DNA of 64,000 nt from Zygnema circumcarinatum SAG 698-1b (taxonomy: Eukaryota; Plantae; Zygnematophyceae). The translations under genes and the position numbers were made by a program. This document shows positions 28,251-40,355 of this stretch, one piece after another. The stretch covers positions 3,286,001-3,350,000 of the forward strand of contig CM074806.1 in the NCBI GenBank assembly GCA_037447605.1, in the 5' to 3' direction. Each line of letters starts with the position of its first letter. Position 1 is the stretch's first letter. The notes beneath the pieces were generated by a model. That model was not told the origin of the DNA. It ran no database searches and worked only from the letters and a program-made list of their open reading frames with translations.

Positions 28251-29196
28251 GGGTAGTGATATTTCCACCCCTTTTTTGGATCCAAACACCCCTTCCCGGC
28301 CGGGCAGATTTCAAAAAGGATTAAAAACGGAAAATGCTTTTTTCACACCTTTTTGGAATCGATACCCACCCTCCATCGGCAGATCATATTTTTGCGAAAC
28401 AAGGAAAATGACAACCCGTCACCCCATTTTGAATATCCCGCCTATCTGAATTTTTTTTCACGCGTGCGGTCAATCGCAGCCGTCGATTCCCTCGCAGATC
28501 GCAACACGGCAGATCACTATTCGATCTGCAGCCGGGCTCGGTCACAGCGAATGGCACTTTCCCACGTATCCCGCCAAACTCGTCTCAAAAGTTTGTCCGT
28601 ACAAATTGCGTACGGTCGCAACTCTGAGGAACCCAAAATTTCATACATTGAGAGCTTGAACCAATCAAAAAATTTCCACGTCGATATGTAACACGTGGCA
28701 AATGTTGAATGGCTAGAAGCTGGCAATGACGAGATCTCGGGCCGAGGGACGCGCGCACTCGCACGTGCGATCCGGCTTTGACGGGACTCGTGGGCGCTTT
28801 CCATTCGCTGAGATCGAGCCCGGCTGCAGATCGAACGGTGATCTGCCGTGGTGCGATCTGCGAGGGAATCGACAGCTGCGATTGACACACACGTGTGAAG
28901 GACGGACAACCGCGAACGATCTCATGGCGGACGGATCTTCCGCCCCGAGCGGATTCGGGCAGGCAGATATTTCTTTCCCTCTAAAAAAAAATTCAGGGAG
29001 GCGGGATACAGTATTCAAAATGTAGTGACGGGGTATCATTTTCCTTAGTTAGCAAAAATAAAATCAGCCGACGGAAGGTGGGTATCGATTCCAAAAAGGT
29101 GTGAAAAAAGCATTTTCCGTTTTTAATCCTTTTTGAAAGCTGCCCGGCCGGAAAGGGGTGTTTGGATCCAAAAAAGGGGTGGAAATATCACTACCC
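28251..29196. mobile_element. Non-autonomous Mutator-like (MULE) fold-back element / MITE, 946 bp
   Basis: ~210-bp terminal inverted repeats beginning GGGTAGTGATATTTCCACCCC (near-perfect over the outer ~120 bp); 8-bp direct flanking duplication AGAAACTA (28243-28250 and 29197-29204); a second internal inverted pair at ~28460-28580 / ~28775-28895; no transposase ORF. Confidence 0.92.
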
Positions 29197-29517
29197 AGAA
29201 ACTATTCACTTTCTCAGAGCAATTCCGCTGCCGGGATCGCCGGAAAGGGGGGGCCGTCCGTAAAGCCTGGATTGCGGCCAGAGCACTCGCACGTGCGGGG
29301 GGGACAGAGGGAGAGAGGGGGCGGGCGGGAGGCCAGTGGAGAGGGTGGGGAGTCAGAGGGGGAGGGAGATACGGCGAGGGAGGGACTGGCCAGCGTCTCG
29401 GGAAGTCCGCAACCGAAGGTTTTCGGCGTCCCGAAAGAATACCGGGGAGGGGCTGGGATGCGGCTTGGGTTGAAGGGTGGGGGAGGGGGCGTGGGGGGAG
29501 GGGAAGAGGGAGAAACT

Positions 29518-32500
29518 ATGGACGCCGCGGCGGCGGAGAGCGTGCTGTCTGCGCCGCTGCTGGCCGAGAAGCAGGGGAGGAGGGAGGAGGGGCTCGCCAT
29601 GACCGGCAGAGTGCCCTCGGTTCGCGGAGGTAGGGCTTGGAGAATGCGGTGCTTGGGGGGCTGGAGGGAGGGACTGGGAAGCTCGGAGAGGGGAGAGAGG
29701 GAGGGGGGAGCGAGAGAAAGAGGGAGATGGAAAAAGGGAGGGAGGGAGGGAAGGGGATTTTTCGAGTTATATAGGGAAGAGTCTTCGAAGGAAGATGACC
29801 GGTGTCTGGTGGTTGCGAAGATAGTTTTGCTCTCGTTTGCAGGAAAAAAATTGACAGCAGATCGAGGATGTACGAACTCTAAATGATTGTTTCCGTCGAT
29901 GAAAAACGTCTTGTGCTGAATTTACAAACGAGGAAATCCGCGTCTTTTTTCTTATGAACGACACGAGCTTCTTTGTCTGCTTTGCTTTTTAACTAAAAAC
30001 CAACGCGTTTGAGAAGAACCTCTAAGAAGATCTGAGAGTAGAAGGACCTCAAGCTTTGCCAGCAATTTTTTTTCCTTAAATCTTCATCGCGCATGCCGTT
30101 TTTTGCGTAACTGCTAAAACGGCATTTTCTGTCATAGGTCTTCGAAGATAAAGCAGGTTGAGACTGTTAACGAATAGAAGTTTTTCAAGCATGAAGTGAG
30201 TACCGTTCTGATGATGGCACTTTCCGAAATACCATGGTTGTGTGGGGACATTCTCGATGATTCTGGATGTTATGCTTTTCTGATCTAAGGTTTTATTTCG
30301 TATCTGGGACACGGGAAAACAATTTGAAGGCTTTCTGATTAGAATGCGAGGATGATGTTCGCTTTGAAATCAGATCTGGAATGCAGCCCGACATGCGGAC
30401 TCACAGACGCTCCGGAGGGAGGAGCGGAGGTCAAGGAGAGAGAGCTAGCTCGACGAAAGCTTAGTATGGCGATTGCTCTTTGTCTATGTTTCATGGTGGT
30501 CGAGGTCATAGGAGGTACTTGTCCTCCCCCCTTCTCTCTCTCTTGCTTCCTTTCTCGCTCCCTGTCTCCCCCCTCCCTCTCTCTCTCTCTCGCTGCTAAA
30601 GTGTGTTGCCACTGTTCCTTCTGTCCCCCTATCTGAAAGCTCCTTTGAATCTCTGAATCAAAATGAGGAAGTCCAGGACGTCCATCCTTCTGAGCTTTAA
30701 TTTCTGACTTCCTTTCCAATTTTATCCATTGGCCATTTCTGTTGTACCGCTCCTGTTATGCAGGTATAATGTCTAATAGTTTGGCGATTTTAACGGATGC
30801 CGCACATCTGTTATCTGATATAGCTGGTATATCCCACTGCCATTTTTTCTCTTTTCTCTTCTCTGCTTTGATTGTTTTGATTACCGGTGACTTCGCTTTA
30901 CTTGAGCAGCGGCAGAGTTTTGTTTTCCTTTCTCCCTTTTTCCTTTTATCGCACCAAAACCTTGTTTGATTTGTTATGGTTCCATTTGTGCAATGCTGAT
31001 ACCAGTGTAAAGGTTTTGAGCTGTAAGCAAGTGAGTTGATTTGCATTGATCCCATATTTAATTTCTCAATGGAATTACTATTGCGAACAGGTTTCGCCAT
31101 ATCCCTTTTCGCCCTGTGGATGGCTGGATGGGAAGCCACTCCCAAACATTCCTTTGGATATTATCGAATGGAGATATTGGGCGCACTTTTGTCCATGCAA
31201 CTTATTTGGATGATCACTGGAGTTCTCCTCTATGAGGCAATAATGAGGTATGCAGACTTGTGCAAAGGTCCTGTCATACTACACGAAAGTTGGCTTTATG
31301 CAGTTTTTTTCTGCCTCATCTAATTGCATTACGATCCTACTGATGATTTTGCAAGATCCTCTAACCTTGCCACCTGATTCCCAATCTTGTTGCCTTTTGT
31401 TATCCAATTTCTTCTGGCCGAATAGAACATCATGTGTACTTGCCAATTGGAAGTTTTAAAACATTGTTAAGTAATGACCATTTTGCCTGCACATTGATCC
31501 CGTCTCGACCATGCTGTATTGTGTCTCACTTAAATGCGATGTCAGTACAAAGTTGACCCCTATCGCAGTGCGTGCATGCATGAGTCAGTCTCCTCCGAGC
31601 CCATCCTCCATCTTCCCATCCCCTCCCTCCCCCGTGCGCAGATTGATCTCTCAGACCGCGGAGGTGGACGGTCGGCTCATGTTCATGACCGCCTCGTTTG
31701 GGGTCGCAGTCAACCTGCTCATGACCTTCTTGCTCGGGCACAGTCACGGCCATGCACATGGCGATCATGACCATGGACATGGGCATGGGCATGGGCATGA
31801 CCACGGGCATGGCCACAGCCATGGCCATGGCAAGGCAGTGGGCTCCAAGAAATTGGGCGACGCGTCTGACATTGCGCCCCTTGTGAGCACAAGCCATGCG
31901 AATGGGCACAATAAGGATCACAAGCATGATCATGATCATCATGATGATCATGATCATGACCATGACCATGACCACGACCACGACCACGACCATGACCACG
32001 ACCATGATCATGATCATGACCATGACCATGACCACAATGACCATGACCATGACGATCATGATCATGATCATGACCATGACCATAAGGATGACTTGGAGAG
32101 TGGGCATAAGCACGGCGGCAAAGGGGGAGCTGCGAGAAAAACCGGCCATGGTTCAAGCGCTCCGAATGAAGTATCACTGCATTCCCATAGCAATGGTAAG
32201 AGTCGATCTTCACAACATAGCACTGATTGGAAACGGTTTCTCAAATTGTGTTGCAAGTGAGTTTCTTGAGTTGATGAAGGGCTGCCTGCTATCTTTATTC
32301 TGCGTTACTTCTTGTCCATGCTGACATGTCTTGAGAGATGAACAACAGGTTATTTACCAGTTGCTTTCTCCCTTGATTCCTTGCGCCAATCTTGCAGAGA
32401 GTTCTTCAGCAATGAAGGACAATGTCAACTTAAGGGGAGCGTATCTCCATGTGTTGGGAGATCTCATTCAGAGCGTTGGTGTGATGATCGGCGGAGCCGT

Positions 32501-33860
32501 CATCTGGTGGAAGCCTGAATGGTGAGAACCTCATTTTTTGGCATAATCTTTGAAAATGTCCGTTTTGTTCAAAAAATGGCTCGTTTGGAGCTTAACTTTT
32601 TTCCAGTTGGGAGTACCTGATTTCTGTGGCAGTTAACTCGTGTCGCGCTGCTTGCTCTGCAGGAAAATAGTGGATCTGTTTTGCACGCTACTCTTTTCAG
32701 TGCTGGTCCTGTTCACAACAGTAAAGATGCTCCGGGATATTTTGGAGGTGCTCATGGAAAGCACCCCTCGGGAAATAAATGCTGCTGAGGTATGAACTTC
32801 ACTTTGACGCCGCCCATTTGCGTTTCTTGTTTCACATCTGCCCTATTGAGTCATTGTCATTAACCCTTCTATTAATGCATTGAGTTTCAGAACCTCCTCT
32901 CTGCTTCTTTGCTTCCATGTTCGTAAGTGGCAGTAAAATGCCTCTACCATGCATTTCTCAACGCTGACAACATACCATTGGTTATCTGATATGTAGGATG
33001 CCCTAGATGCTGTAGAATACCGTTCTGGTTACAGACCAACTGCTGAGAGAAGCTCTGTTTGTCATATATCTGTACAATCTGTTCTTACTGATTCCAACGA
33101 ATCCAGAGTTCATTAGTGCATCCTTTACTAGAGTAAATTATCATTCAAACCCAGCTGACTACCATCTGACCACAGGCTCCTCCCAATTTCTTTCGAATTG
33201 GGATTTGGGCCCAAGTCTTATAACCTTCAGTTCAATTGTGCTGCCGAGTCACAGCAGCTCTGCTGTCATTAAACCAAGTTGAATTTCCGTGCAGTTGGCC
33301 AGCCTAATTTCGAACTATTTTGTGCAGGTGGAGGATGGCATCAGGCAGCTGGATGGGGTATTAGATGTGCATGAATTGCACATTTGGGCCATAACTATGG
33401 GCAAAGTGGTGCTTGCGTGCCATGTTCGCATTGCTCCCACGGACGACATGGAGGAGGTAGGCTCACACTCCAAAGAGCAGCCCTTCGCTCGCTGCATGGC
33501 CGCACAGCGCATTATGACGCCACATCATGTTATTGCAGACACGGCCTTCATGGCAATGACTGGATTAGATTACTCCATACCTAGTTTTCTGTAGTCTTGT
33601 GTCTCCTGAAATCTAGAAACAGACCTTGTCTCTGATCACCACATATCACTGAAACAAACAGGAACAAAACATGATCATGACTTGCAATCATCTTAGGGAA
33701 TTTTTGCCTGCTATTTTATAGCTGACAGAGGAAATGTACGTACTTCTCCGTCCAGGTGCTGCATACTGTGCTGGAGTTCTGTGAGAAGAAGTACAAGATC
33801 TCACACGCGACGGTCCAAGTAGAACGATTTCCCCACATGGCGGAACTCCCTTCGTCTTAG
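29518..33860 (+). CDS. MTP1: Cation diffusion facilitator, MTP1-type (Zn-CDF) zinc transporter
   Basis: Nine GT-AG exons: [55 protein letters not shown], His-rich loop, [53 protein letters not shown]. Both HxxxD sites are present. Confidence 0.95.
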
Positions 33861-35311
33861 ATTCCGTGCCTTCACTCCTGCGAGTGAAGACTCCATCCTG
33901 TTCTCGTTTGCAAAGGACAAGAATCGAATGAGTAGCTCGCAGCTTCGACTGCGGTCAAACCGCGCGAATGCTTCTGTGAAGAGAAAGCAGACCGAGTCTT
34001 AGTTTTTTTAGTCATTCAGATTGTTTTCAGACATAGTGCTCTTAGGCAATTAGTTTGTTTTCAGTCTCAGGTCTTGGTTTTGTTCTCATCTTGTTTATGA
34101 AATAAATGCAGAAAGGTCTACCCTTTTCCGTCAAACTTTTGAGGTTACTGTCGTGGCCTTGGTCGTTTTGGCAGTGGGAACTATGTTCTAGAGGCCGATT
34201 TGTTTGTCTGGTTTTGAGTTCACACCATTGGCTTGTGGTGGGGCCATGCCATGCGTTCTACTCCTCTCGAGCACTCATGCTTGCAGCGACATGGCATGTT
34301 TCTACACATGCTCAATTTTCTGCTTTTCTAATCCCCACGTCGCGCATGGCTATTGCACTCGATGGTGGCCCTGTGCAGGCCGAACCGTTGGATCAACCAA
34401 CTGGGATGGTTGCGCACCATTGATTCGCGGCCCAGCCAGCCACTGCCAGTGGGTGCAATTACCGGATCCAATGGCTCGAAATCATGACCAATGGCCAATG
34501 GTTGCAACCAGCATATTCAAGGCTCAACCATTGGTTAGAGAATAGCCAAAATGGGAGAGTGGGATTTAAAAAACAGGGGCGGGATAATCAAAAAGGGGGG
34601 GCGGTATATAGTTCTCCGAAAGAAACATCTCTAACAAATGGTTTGAACCATTGGCAATGGTTGGTTGGGTCGCGAATCGATAACTCACAACCCTTCCAAT
34701 GGTTGGTCCAATGCTCCGAAGCGCTGTTGTTCTCCCAAGTTTCCTCGACTGCGCCGTTCCTTGTACCCCCTCCGTTCAACTGTCGCCAACATGGAACACG
34801 TGTCGTACGCTTTCCCCCGCCTCGGTCAACGCCCCCGTTGACATCCAATGCCTCGCTAGTCGCTACATGACCGTACGCCGACGTGGCAATCCTTTGCCGT
34901 TTAATAGGGCAGTTGCGTATCACCGTGCGACAGCTGCCCTTGGTCGGCCACAGCCAATCCGCGTGGCCCACGTTACCGTCCCATGAATGCCCGCCCGTAG
35001 GCCACCCCGATAGGTCGGCGCCCGCCCGCAGTGTCGCCGGCCCCTCCAGCAGCGCCTGTCCTCAGCGACCCGTTACATCGCGCCACGTGGCGCCTCCATC
35101 AGACGTTTCTGCTGCCGCCAGGCGGCGGCCCCCAGGTGCCCCCAACAGAGCCGGAGCTCCTCTCCTGCCGCCCCCCCTCCCCTTCCCTCGCCCGCTCGCA
35201 AGGCCACGGCCCGGCCCCGCGCTATACCGCGTGTGCTGCCTCACGGGATCGAGGGAGAGGGAGGGAAAGGGAGAGAGAGAGAGAGGGAGAGGAAGCGAGG
35301 AGGTGGCAGCC

Positions 35312-36558
35312 ATGGCGGGCTCAGCGCGAGGCCTCCTCCTCCTGCTGCTGTGGGTGGCTGTGGCAGGGGCAAGGCCCGTAAGAGAGCCCGAAGTGTATCC
35401 AAGCATTGATGGGGACCCCCACCTCGTTGGCGCTCAGGGAACTCGATTTGACTTTGTGGGGTCTCTGGATACGAGCTACTGCCTGTCAACCGACGAATTT
35501 CTTCACATCAATGTCTTTTTGGGCGGGTATGACGACCCTCGGACGGACATTCCGAAGAGCCTCGGCGCGGGGCCGCGCCTCCGAACGTGGATCCAGCAAG
35601 TTGGCATCATCTGGACGAGGGAAGGCGCGGAGCACAAGCTGCTTCTGGTGGCGAGGAGGGGCCCCGAGAGTAGCCGCAATGAGGGCTTCATGGCTAAGAT
35701 GGAGCTTGACGGCGTGGTCCTGCCGAGATTTCAGGTGAGGGCTTGCATGAAGCCAAATCTGCGGAAACGTGTCGATTTATGATGTTGCTGAAACATTAAG
35801 GCTAGGGAATGCTGTGTAGCTAGGGAATTGCACAATGCGGCGCCTCTGCCCCTGCTCTCTCTCCCTCTCTCCCCCTCCATCTACCTCTCTCTACTTCACT
35901 CTCTTACACGACGTGTCTCTCTTATCTCTCTCTCTTCCTCAGGAAGGCACAGAGGAGAACCTGGCAGGTGGTTTGACTATAAAGTTTGCATTAGTGGAGC
36001 ACGGCAGCGACAACGACGTGGAGCACTACTCAGTGCAGATTGCTGAAATGCTCGATTTGGATGTCCTCCTCACGGTGGCGCCGCCACTGCTGCAGACAGA
36101 GACGGACGCTGAGGCGCACTTTGGCCTCGGCTTCAATTATGTTCAGGTAAAGCCCGGCCAGCTCTGAAACTAGTCCTGCTATTGTTCCTCTTCGTCAGGT
36201 GTTTTGCATTCCGAGTCGCATCACATGAATGTCATGTACTATCGCGGTAGCCTTTTTCAACATTCTCGGTTTCTCGGTTTCTCATGTTTCACATTGGTGT
36301 GCACATTTCCAGCGCTCGTCGGAGGTGCACGGCATATTGGGCCAGACGTATCGCGAGCACGATGGGCGCAAGGAGCGGGCGGCGCACTTCATCGAGATAA
36401 TGCGCAGGAGCGAGGAGAACATTGTCGCGGACGGGCCCGGCGGGGAGGGGTTCCTTGACGGCCGGCGGCCTGACTATGTGTCCAGCGGCGTGCTTGAGGC
36501 GGACTGCCTCTACACCGCGTATGGGCCCCGAGAGCTGCCTGGCAGCGTTACCGATTGA
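35312..36558 (+). CDS. Secreted Root_cap / LEA-related (VWD-like) domain protein
   Basis: Signal peptide MAGSARGLLLLLLWVAVAGA; GDPHLVGAQGTRFDFVG...YCLSTD..LHINV..GG, RTWIQQVGI, AHFGLGF, VHGILGQTYR, DYVSSGVLEADC; three exons. Confidence 0.88.
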
Positions 36559-37974
36559 GAGAGAGGGCAAGAATAGGAGATTACAGGATTACTTGCGGCG
36601 GCAATTAGGACTTGTCAATAGAATCGACAATTGTATTTATGAGTTTGTTGTATCACTATTATGTGTGTTAGGCCTTATTTTAGTGTGCCTTCAGTCTCTT
36701 TTCAGCCGTTTTGGCTTTGGGACATGGTGAAGGAGGTGTTGAGAAATTTTCAAGGTAGGGAGTCCGACGCTTTGGGAATTAACTCGTATGTTTTTCCGTT
36801 GTAATTATGTTCCCAATTTTGTTCAAACGATATTGACATTTGAACTCGACAAACACCCCGTTGCTCACTGCTGCTCGTACCCCAATTTCGGGTTCCATGC
36901 AGTAATTCGATGCCATTTAAATCCACGACTTCTTCCGTCACTCAGAAAGTTTTTATTCCTGTTTTTTTTTCGATTTATTATTTTGTGTTATTCCTCTAAG
37001 TTCTATTGATTACTTTGGATGGGGGCTTGTGTCTAGTGGCTTGCAGAGAGATAAGGGTGCTAACCGTGTGAATCCTAATTCAAAAACATTTCCTGGCTTC
37101 CCCGTTGAAATCGTTGCTTGCTTGTGGGAAATAGCTTGCGGCAATTAGTATAGAACATCGCATGGCTACACAATCGCATGTCGCCAATAAACACGATTTG
37201 CCCTTCTGCGCCTTTTTCCCATCGTCTCACGGTTCGCACGTTTCCTGTACTTCACTTCGATAAAAGTGACACAGTTTGCGGACTACCGTTTCTGTAGACA
37301 TTGTCAACGAATAGCGGCGCAGCTACGAATCCTTCTGCGCGTGTGCTTGCGCTCGTCGAGCCGCAGGACGCAGGAGCCCTCCCGCTGTTCAGCGGTCCCG
37401 CAGTCCCGCCTGCACGCAATGCCCATAAACTTTCGTCCCTCTCCTGTCCTCTGAGTCAGCGTATCTCATAAACCCACTCGCGTGCACACATAATTCACAA
37501 AAAAGCACACCGTTTCAAGGGCTACGCGTTGTGAAGGCGTCTTTTCTCTGATATGGAGCAGGGGGTTTCCAAAGTCCGATGACCCCCAACAGTGACACCG
37601 GGCTGCTGGACAAGTGCCAGACAGAGCCCGCCTTTGTGTGACGCGACGTACGATGACTTAACATGATATGATGTGACATGTCACATCATGTCGTGTCATG
37701 CCATGTCATGTCATGTGCCGCCGCCCCCATGCGCACGTGCAGACGGCACATGACGCATTACAAAGCACTGTGACATGAGCTGATCTGAACCTGAAACTGA
37801 ACTGGACTGGACGTCCAGTGCTTGTGCTTTTGTCCATGTACATTTGATGGCCTCGCCATCGCGAGTTCAATGAAAGTTTCCCTCTTCGACTGGACTGAAC
37901 TGCAGTGCAGCATGACGAATGCGCCATGGCATGTCATGGCGGCTATGGAAGGAGTTTATACGGACGAGGGCACA

Positions 37975-38100
37975 TCCCATCCAATCCATGCCATGCCGGC
38001 TCATGCGGCCATGCGCCATCCCATCCCATGGCATGTCGGCCATGCGGCCATGCGCGATCCCATCCCATGCCATGCCGGACCATGCGGCCATGCGCCATCT
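37975..38100. repeat. Three degenerate ~40-bp tandem units rich in CATG
   Basis: CATGCGGCCATGCG recurs at ~38002, 38041 and 38081. Confidence 0.85.
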
Positions 38101-38145
38101 TCATCCGCCGCCGCCGCAGGTCAAGGTCGTGGACGGAGGCCGCTA

Positions 38146-38760
38146 CAGTACCCCCTCCCTAATATTTTCGCCATGGTTTCGGCAAAAATAGGGGGAGTCA
38201 GACCTTGACCATCGCCAGATCAATTTCGTAAGCCTGTCGGGCGAATTAAGATTGGCTAGGTATACATTTCGGTACGACTGTATACGGCGGAGCCGCGGAT
38301 TCCGACCCGGAATTCGTACACGAACCTTTGACTTTTAGTATAAGGAATTCGGGAATTTCGTAAGCGATTGTCAAGGTCTGACTCCCCCTAATCTTGGAAT
38401 TTGCAAATATAGGGTCCGTGTTACCAATAGGTGGGAGGTATTATGTTAGAGTTCATGTATGTTCGTACGTATCATATCGTATCGTACCGTACAGTTAGAT
38501 ACACGAGCTTCTATTGCTGCCGTACGTATACCGTACGATTTAGAGATTCTATTCGTATTCACTGTACAGCGTAATAGCGTGACCCATGTTTGAAATCCGT
38601 TTCAATTAACAGATTTTGTATTGGAAAATTGGTCAGGTTAGGTTAACACCCCTATTACATTAACACAGACTTACCGTACTAAAAGTGGTTTCAGCAAAAT
38701 CAGGGCGAATTTCTTGGGGAACGCAAGTAGAAGGGTGGAAAATATTAGGGAGGCCTACTG
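38146..38760. mobile_element. Tc1/mariner-type MITE (TA target duplication), 615 bp
   Basis: TA|CAGTACCCCCTCCCTAATATTTTC ... GAAAATATTAGGGAGGCCTACTG|TA: ~24-bp imperfect TIRs flanked by TA on both sides; non-coding interior. Confidence 0.82.
38191..38388. mobile_element. Small nested inverted-repeat element inside the MITE
   Basis: Perfect 19-bp inverted repeat GGGGGAGTCAGACCTTGAC / GTCAAGGTCTGACTCCCCC, flanked by TA on both sides. Confidence 0.65.
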
Positions 38761-40355
38761 TATTTGAAATGGTCCGTACATTTGTACACACGTTAAGGCG
38801 GTCGTACCATACGGTACACTTTTGACCCGTACGGCGCAACGGTCAAGGGCAGCGTCGGCCAATCGGGAGCCACCGACCGCTCGGAGAATGACGTAAGGAA
38901 ATCGTGGGACGCGGTTTTTTGTCGTATGTGATAGATAAGCGCGGTCATATCGCCACCTTGTCGGCGTAGCGGCTCTGACCGACAGAACGTGCCGCGCCGG
39001 CAGCCACAGGTGGCATGGCCGGCGAAACGTACATTAACTGTGCCGGCACCGGCAAATGTCGTCGGTCACAGACGGTAGACGATATAGGCGATATTTCGAT
39101 GCTGGAACGGAAACGACCGTGGGTCGGTGGCTCCTGGAATGATTGGAGATCTTTGTGACGCTTCGACGTGAAGTGCAGGGATTGCAGTTTGAGTCAGAAC
39201 TCTTAATCCAATCCTGTCTGCCACGTATAGAGTCGTCGATCATGCAGAATCATGGCAAGTTCTCATTGGCGAGCTTTCAAGAGTGTTTAACCAAACTGGA
39301 CCACCAATGGGCGTAGGGCCTGCTGGCGGTCCCCAAAGAATGGGGCGGCGGGTTTGAATATGGGCCGTTCGATGAACCCCGGCCGCCAGTGCAATGTCAA
39401 GATTGCCGTACAGCCGAAGTGTGTGGAACAAATAGAAATAACTATTGCGAAAATTCAGAAAGATTCAAAAACTCAAATTTCACGGCCAAATTGCATCGAC
39501 TATCACTTGACTGTTTGACGATTGGAAATTTGAAAAGGAAAAAATCTTTTTGGTGACATGTTGAGGGAGGGCGCGCGGATTCTGCCCAGAGTTGGTTCCC
39601 ATGGGCATGGCCCTTGCGATTTTTTGTCGTCTCGACGCCTGCATGCAGTAGTCTTACGATACCACAATCCATTGCCGAGGGCGACCTTGGCGTGTGTGCA
39701 TGTTGTTTGGCCTAGGAGGGAGCCTCTTTGCGCTTTTCAAACGTCGCCAGGCCCCATCCATGTCATGTGACCGTTTGCTCCCCCTTGCCTCCGCAATTCC
39801 GCATGCATGCCATGCCACGCGCGTGACATGACGGCGCCAGTGCCGACTGCGAGTCCCTTCGCGCGAACGTGGACAGGCTCGCGGTTTCTGTCCCGCCGAC
39901 ATCCGGGCAGCCAGAAATAAGCTGGCGTCTTCCCGCCAACCGGCGCAGCGCCTCGCACGTGTAGGACGGTCAGTCACGAGAGAAAGGTTCTGCTGGTGCC
40001 CGGGCGGACCGCCCGCCTGCCTGGCCGCCTGCGCCGAGCACTGCACTGGGCACTGCACTGCAGCGGCTCTGCTCGGCAGAGGGCCGTCGCCTCCCTCCCT
40101 CCCTCCCTCCCTCCCTCCCTCCCTCCCTCTGCTCTTGCGCCCTCAAACTCCGCAGTGTGCCGTTCTCTCCGTCCCTCTCCCTCTCCCTCTGCCCCCCATT
40201 CCTCCCTCTCCCCTTCTCCCCCATCTCACCCTTCCCCCCTCCTTCCCTCAGTCCCGTCCCCTCCCTCCCTTCACTCCCGCCCTCCCTCGTGTTCCAGATT
40301 TTCGTATGTTCCTCCCGCTTCCTTCGTCTCTGCGAACCCTAAGCTTTGAGTGACG

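Noticed and set aside
37975-38100. CRISPR-like reading of spaced repeats
   Set aside because: Degenerate head-to-tail units without unique spacers, no cas genes, eukaryotic context.
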